A DNA stretch of 64,000 nt from assembly GCA_045114235.1 (NCBI GenBank), contig JBGUKB010000038.1, forward strand, positions 971 through 64,970. The letters are read 5' to 3'. The notes under the pieces are model-generated. The model was not told the origin of the DNA. It worked only from the letters and a program-made list of their open reading frames with translations, and made no database searches. This DNA comes from Victivallales bacterium (GTDB taxonomy: Bacteria; Verrucomicrobiota; Lentisphaeria; Victivallales; UBA1829). This document shows positions 61,890-64,000 of the stretch, piece after piece (position 1 is the stretch's first letter; each line of letters starts with the position of its first letter). The position numbers and the translations under genes are program-made.

Positions 61890-62005
61890 AGGTCTGCGCC
61901 GCCGTATCCGATATGAGCTGCCCGGGAATAGAAGGCCAATCCCCGGTTCGATCGTGTCCCTATGGGTGAGTCGGAAGACTTCGGATGCGAAACGGCATCA
62001 AACCG
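61844..62005 (-). ncRNA. Candidate sigma-54-dependent small RNA (about 160 nt) or regulatory leader
   Basis: It is bounded by a -24/-12 promoter (62031-62015) and the terminator at 61844-61889. The only ORFs inside are a 12-aa ORF without an SD and a 72-aa track ORF that starts inside the -12 element and reads through the terminator. Confidence 0.4.
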
Positions 62006-62014
62006 TGAAAACAA

Positions 62015-62031
62015 AAGCATATCGCGTGCCA
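62015..62031 (-). promoter_or_regulatory. Sigma-54 (-24/-12) promoter, minus strand
   Basis: TGGCACGCGATATGCTT has GG and GC separated by exactly 10 nt. It matches the consensus TGGCACG-N4-TTGCW except for one position (ATGC). Confidence 0.6.
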
Positions 62032-62205
62032 GAATTGGCCGGAAAACGTGTTTCTTGTCATCAATGGGGAAAAAAGATAAAAAGAAAGATGAAAAAAGGA
62101 CGCGTACGCCACTGGAAATCCTGTAAAAGAGGGGTATATTATACTGATATGTCCGGGGTTTTTGCCGAAAAACATACCGTTTCGACGATCGGGAGGCGCA
62201 TTTGT

Positions 62206-62252
62206 TTTACAGAAAATGTGAAACCTGGCAAAAGGTTTACGTTTTGTGTAAA
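62206..62252. promoter_or_regulatory. Two inverted-repeat sites TTTACR-N5-TGTRAA (candidate enhancer-binding-protein sites)
   Basis: Site 1 is TTTACAGAAAATGTGAAA (62206-62223). Site 2 is TTTACGTTTTGTGTAAA (62236-62252). Their centres are 30 bp apart, and they lie 45-95 bp upstream of the glnN -24 element. Confidence 0.4.
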
Positions 62253-62284
62253 TCAAAAAAGCGGCGTTTGCCTGAAAGAGAAGT

Positions 62285-62301
62285 TGGCACGGGATATGCT
62301 T
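62285..62301 (+). promoter_or_regulatory. Sigma-54 (-24/-12) promoter for glnN
   Basis: TGGCACGGGATATGCTT is 16/17 identical to the minus-strand copy. The predicted TSS is near 62311. AAGGAG lies at 62329-62334 and the ATG at 62344. Confidence 0.65.
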
Positions 62302-62343
62302 GAACTCGGCAGACAACCTCAACAACCCAAGGAGTTGGACAGT

Positions 62344-64000
62344 ATGAGCTATCTGAACAGGATCAACGCGATCAACGCAGTCGCCGACCTCGCCGCGAGC
62401 GAGCCTGCGCCTGCAGCCCCCATCGAACCCGATCACAACTACGCGGAAGACGTCTTCGACGCCGCCTCCATGCGCGAGTACCTGCCGAAGGACATCTGCG
62501 GCAAGCTGCTCGCCACCATCGAGACCGGCGCGCCGCTGGACGTACAGATCGCCGCCGACGTGGCGCACGCCATGAAGAAGTGGGCGCTTGAACGCGGCGC
62601 CACGCACTACACGCACTGGTTCCAGCCGCTGACCGGATCGACCGCCGAAAAGCACGACGCCTTCCTCGAGATCAAGGACGGCAAGCCCATCCAGACCTTC
62701 TCCGGCAAGAACCTGATCGTCGGCGAACCCGATGCCTCCAGTTTCCCGTCGGGCGGCATCCGCTCCACCTTCGAGGCGCGCGGCTACACCGCCTGGGATC
62801 CGACCAGCCCGGCGTTCATCAAGCGCCACGGCAACGGCGCCACGCTCTGCATCCCGACCGCGTTCTGCGCGTACACCGGCGAAGCGCTCGATAAGAAGAC
62901 CCCGCTGCTGCGTTCCATGCAGGCTCTCTCCGTCGCGACGAAGCGCCTCATGAAGTGCTTCAACCTGCCCGAGGAAAAGGTCGAGATCACGCTCGGCGCG
63001 GAGCAGGAATATTTCCTGATCGACAAGCATTTCTACCTCATGCGGCCGGACCTCGTCCAGACCGGGCGCACCGTGTTCGGCGCGCCTCCGGCGAAGCACC
63101 AGCAGCTTGAGGACCACTATTTCGGCTCCATCAAACTGCGCGTGCTGAACTTCATGACCGAGGTCGAAAACGAACTCTGGAAGCTCGGCATCCCGGCGAA
63201 GACCCGCCACAATGAAGTCGCGCCCGCCCAGTTCGAGCTCGCGCCGATGTTCGAGGAAGTCAACCTCGCGTGCGACCACAACATGCTCATCATGGAAGTG
63301 CTCCGCCAGGTCGCCGACCGCTACGGGTTCGTCTGCCTGCTCCATGAAAAGCCGTTCGCCGGCGTGAACGGTTCCGGCAAGCACAACAACTGGGCCGTCT
63401 CCTACGGCAAGACCAACCTGCTCAATCCGGGCAGCGATCCGCGCCAGAACGCCATCTTCCTGACCGTGCTCTGCGCGATCATCGAAGCCATCGACAAGCA
63501 TGCCGACCTGCTGCGCGCCACCGTGACCGGAGCGGGCAACGACCACCGCCTCGGCGCGAACGAAGCGCCGCCGGCCGTCATCTCCATGTACCTCGGCGAC
63601 CAACTCGCGGACGTGATCGACCAGATCGAGCACAACGAGGTCAAGACCAGCCGCAAATCGTCCGCCATGCGAATCGGCGTCGACACGCTCCCGCCGCTCC
63701 CGAGGGACGCCACCGACCGCAACCGCACCAGCCCGTTCGCGTTCACCGGAAACAAGTTCGAGTTCCGCGCCCCCGGCTCCAGCCAGTCCTGCGCCGGCCC
63801 GAACACCGTGCTGAACGTGATCATCTCCGAGTCGTTCGAACGCATCGCCTCCGTGCTGGAGAAGCTCCCGAAGAAGGAATTCCACGACGGCCTGCAGAAG
63901 GAGCTCCGCAAGATCATCCGCACGCACAAGCGCATCATCTTCAACGGCGACGGCTACGCCGACAACTGGCTGAAGGAAGCCGCGAAGCGAGGCCTGCCGA
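62344..64000 (+). CDS. glnN: Glutamine synthetase type III; the 3' end runs off the window
   Basis: Not in the ORF track because no stop lies in the window. Manual translation gives [21 protein letters not shown]...[22 protein letters not shown]...[19 protein letters not shown]...[21 protein letters not shown], the GSIII signature regions. The minus ORF 61960..63927 is its antisense shadow. Confidence 0.9.
   Translation, partial: MSYLNRINAINAVADLAASEPAPAAPIEPDHNYAEDVFDAASMREYLPKDICGKLLATIETGAPLDVQIAADVAHAMKKWALERGATHYTHWFQPLTGSTAEKHDAFLEIKDGKPIQTFSGKNLIVGEPDASSFPSGGIRSTFEARGYTAWDPTSPAFIKRHGNGATLCIPTAFCAYTGEALDKKTPLLRSMQALSVATKRLMKCFNLPEEKVEITLGAEQEYFLIDKHFYLMRPDLVQTGRTVFGAPPAKHQQLEDHYFGSIKLRVLNFMTEVENELWKLGIPAKTRHNEVAPAQFELAPMFEEVNLACDHNMLIMEVLRQVADRYGFVCLLHEKPFAGVNGSGKHNNWAVSYGKTNLLNPGSDPRQNAIFLTVLCAIIEAIDKHADLLRATVTGAGNDHRLGANEAPPAVISMYLGDQLADVIDQIEHNEVKTSRKSSAMRIGVDTLPPLPRDATDRNRTSPFAFTGNKFEFRAPGSSQSCAGPNTVLNVIISESFERIASVLEKLPKKEFHDGLQKELRKIIRTHKRIIFNGDGYADNWLKEAAKRGLP

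Noticed and set aside
61936-61960. tRNA-like T-loop string (ccccGGTTCGATCg)
   Set aside because: No acceptor or anticodon arms can be drawn around it, and the flanks do not fold as a cloverleaf.
61802-62020. 72-aa minus-strand ORF in the glnN-upstream region
   Set aside because: Its ATG is part of the -12 element of the sigma-54 promoter, and the ORF reads straight through a perfect terminator hairpin and U-tract. It has no SD and odd composition.
61960-63927. 655-aa minus-strand ORF
   Set aside because: It is antisense to the type III glutamine synthetase, which has unmistakable motifs on the + strand. The + gene is missing from the track only because it has no stop within the window.
1-64000. 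Search for mobile elements, integrases, phage genes, toxin-antitoxin pairs or known defence systems
   Set aside because: No transposase, integrase, recombinase, terminal inverted repeat, att-like duplication or recognisable defence or TA gene was found by reading the six-frame translations. The only compositional island is the 53.8-56.6 kb module reported above.

Overview
This is a high-GC (roughly 60-65%) bacterial chromosomal window. About 52 protein genes can be supported, most of them on the minus strand (1-46165 and 53854-61718). Plus-strand blocks lie at 46371-53592 and from 62344 onward. I found no rRNA, tRNA, CRISPR array, transposase or integrase.

Gene content in order:
- A partial TrpB2-type tryptophan synthase beta gene, preceded by a candidate Trp-codon leader-peptide attenuator.
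- An nrdG-nrdD-trxB operon. NrdD carries a C-terminal CxxC redoxin domain, and tandem NrdR-like boxes lie upstream.
- An MFS transporter and a GT2 glycosyltransferase.
- A 15-gene, about 14 kb, translationally coupled aryl-polyene-like lipid cluster (8090-22063). It encodes 3 ketosynthases (KS), 2 short proteins resembling chain-length factors (CLF), an acyl carrier protein (ACP), a ketoreductase, 2 dehydratases, a thioesterase, 2 acyltransferases, a GT2, an MMPL exporter and a LolA-like protein.
- yraN, a 111-aa unknown, and a eukaryotic-type UDP-sugar pyrophosphorylase.
- A GH9-like hydrolase.
- A 1561-aa beta-helix/FN3/FG-GAP surface protein.
- A stand-alone mraY.
- Two hybrid sensor kinases.
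- A TPR protein.
- A 29-aa bS22-like micro-ORF that is absent from the ORF track.
- An iorB-paaK-aminotransferase-iorA-nudix operon.
- GH43, GH43 and GH31 hydrolases.
- A VanX-like lipoprotein and a GNAT acetyltransferase.
- A low-GC two-gene module (membrane protein plus BspA-type LRR protein).
- A partial type III glutamine synthetase.

The non-coding signals I consider most worth follow-up:
- Two nearly identical divergent sigma-54 promoters at 62015-62301. One faces glnN. The other faces a roughly 160-nt terminator-bounded transcript, a candidate sRNA.
- The trp leader upstream of trpB2.
- A 40-nt intergenic element present twice.

Many long ORFs in the supplied track are antisense shadows typical of high-GC DNA and were rejected. 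The track also translates alternative start codons as M, so several starts were moved to downstream ATGs. Coordinates of non-ORF features were calibrated against ORF-track frames but may be off by 1-2 nt. The taxonomic origin cannot be determined here. The canonical TTGnnn-16/17-TATAnT promoters argue against Bacteroidota. An anaerobic glycan-degrading PVC-type lineage is only a guess.
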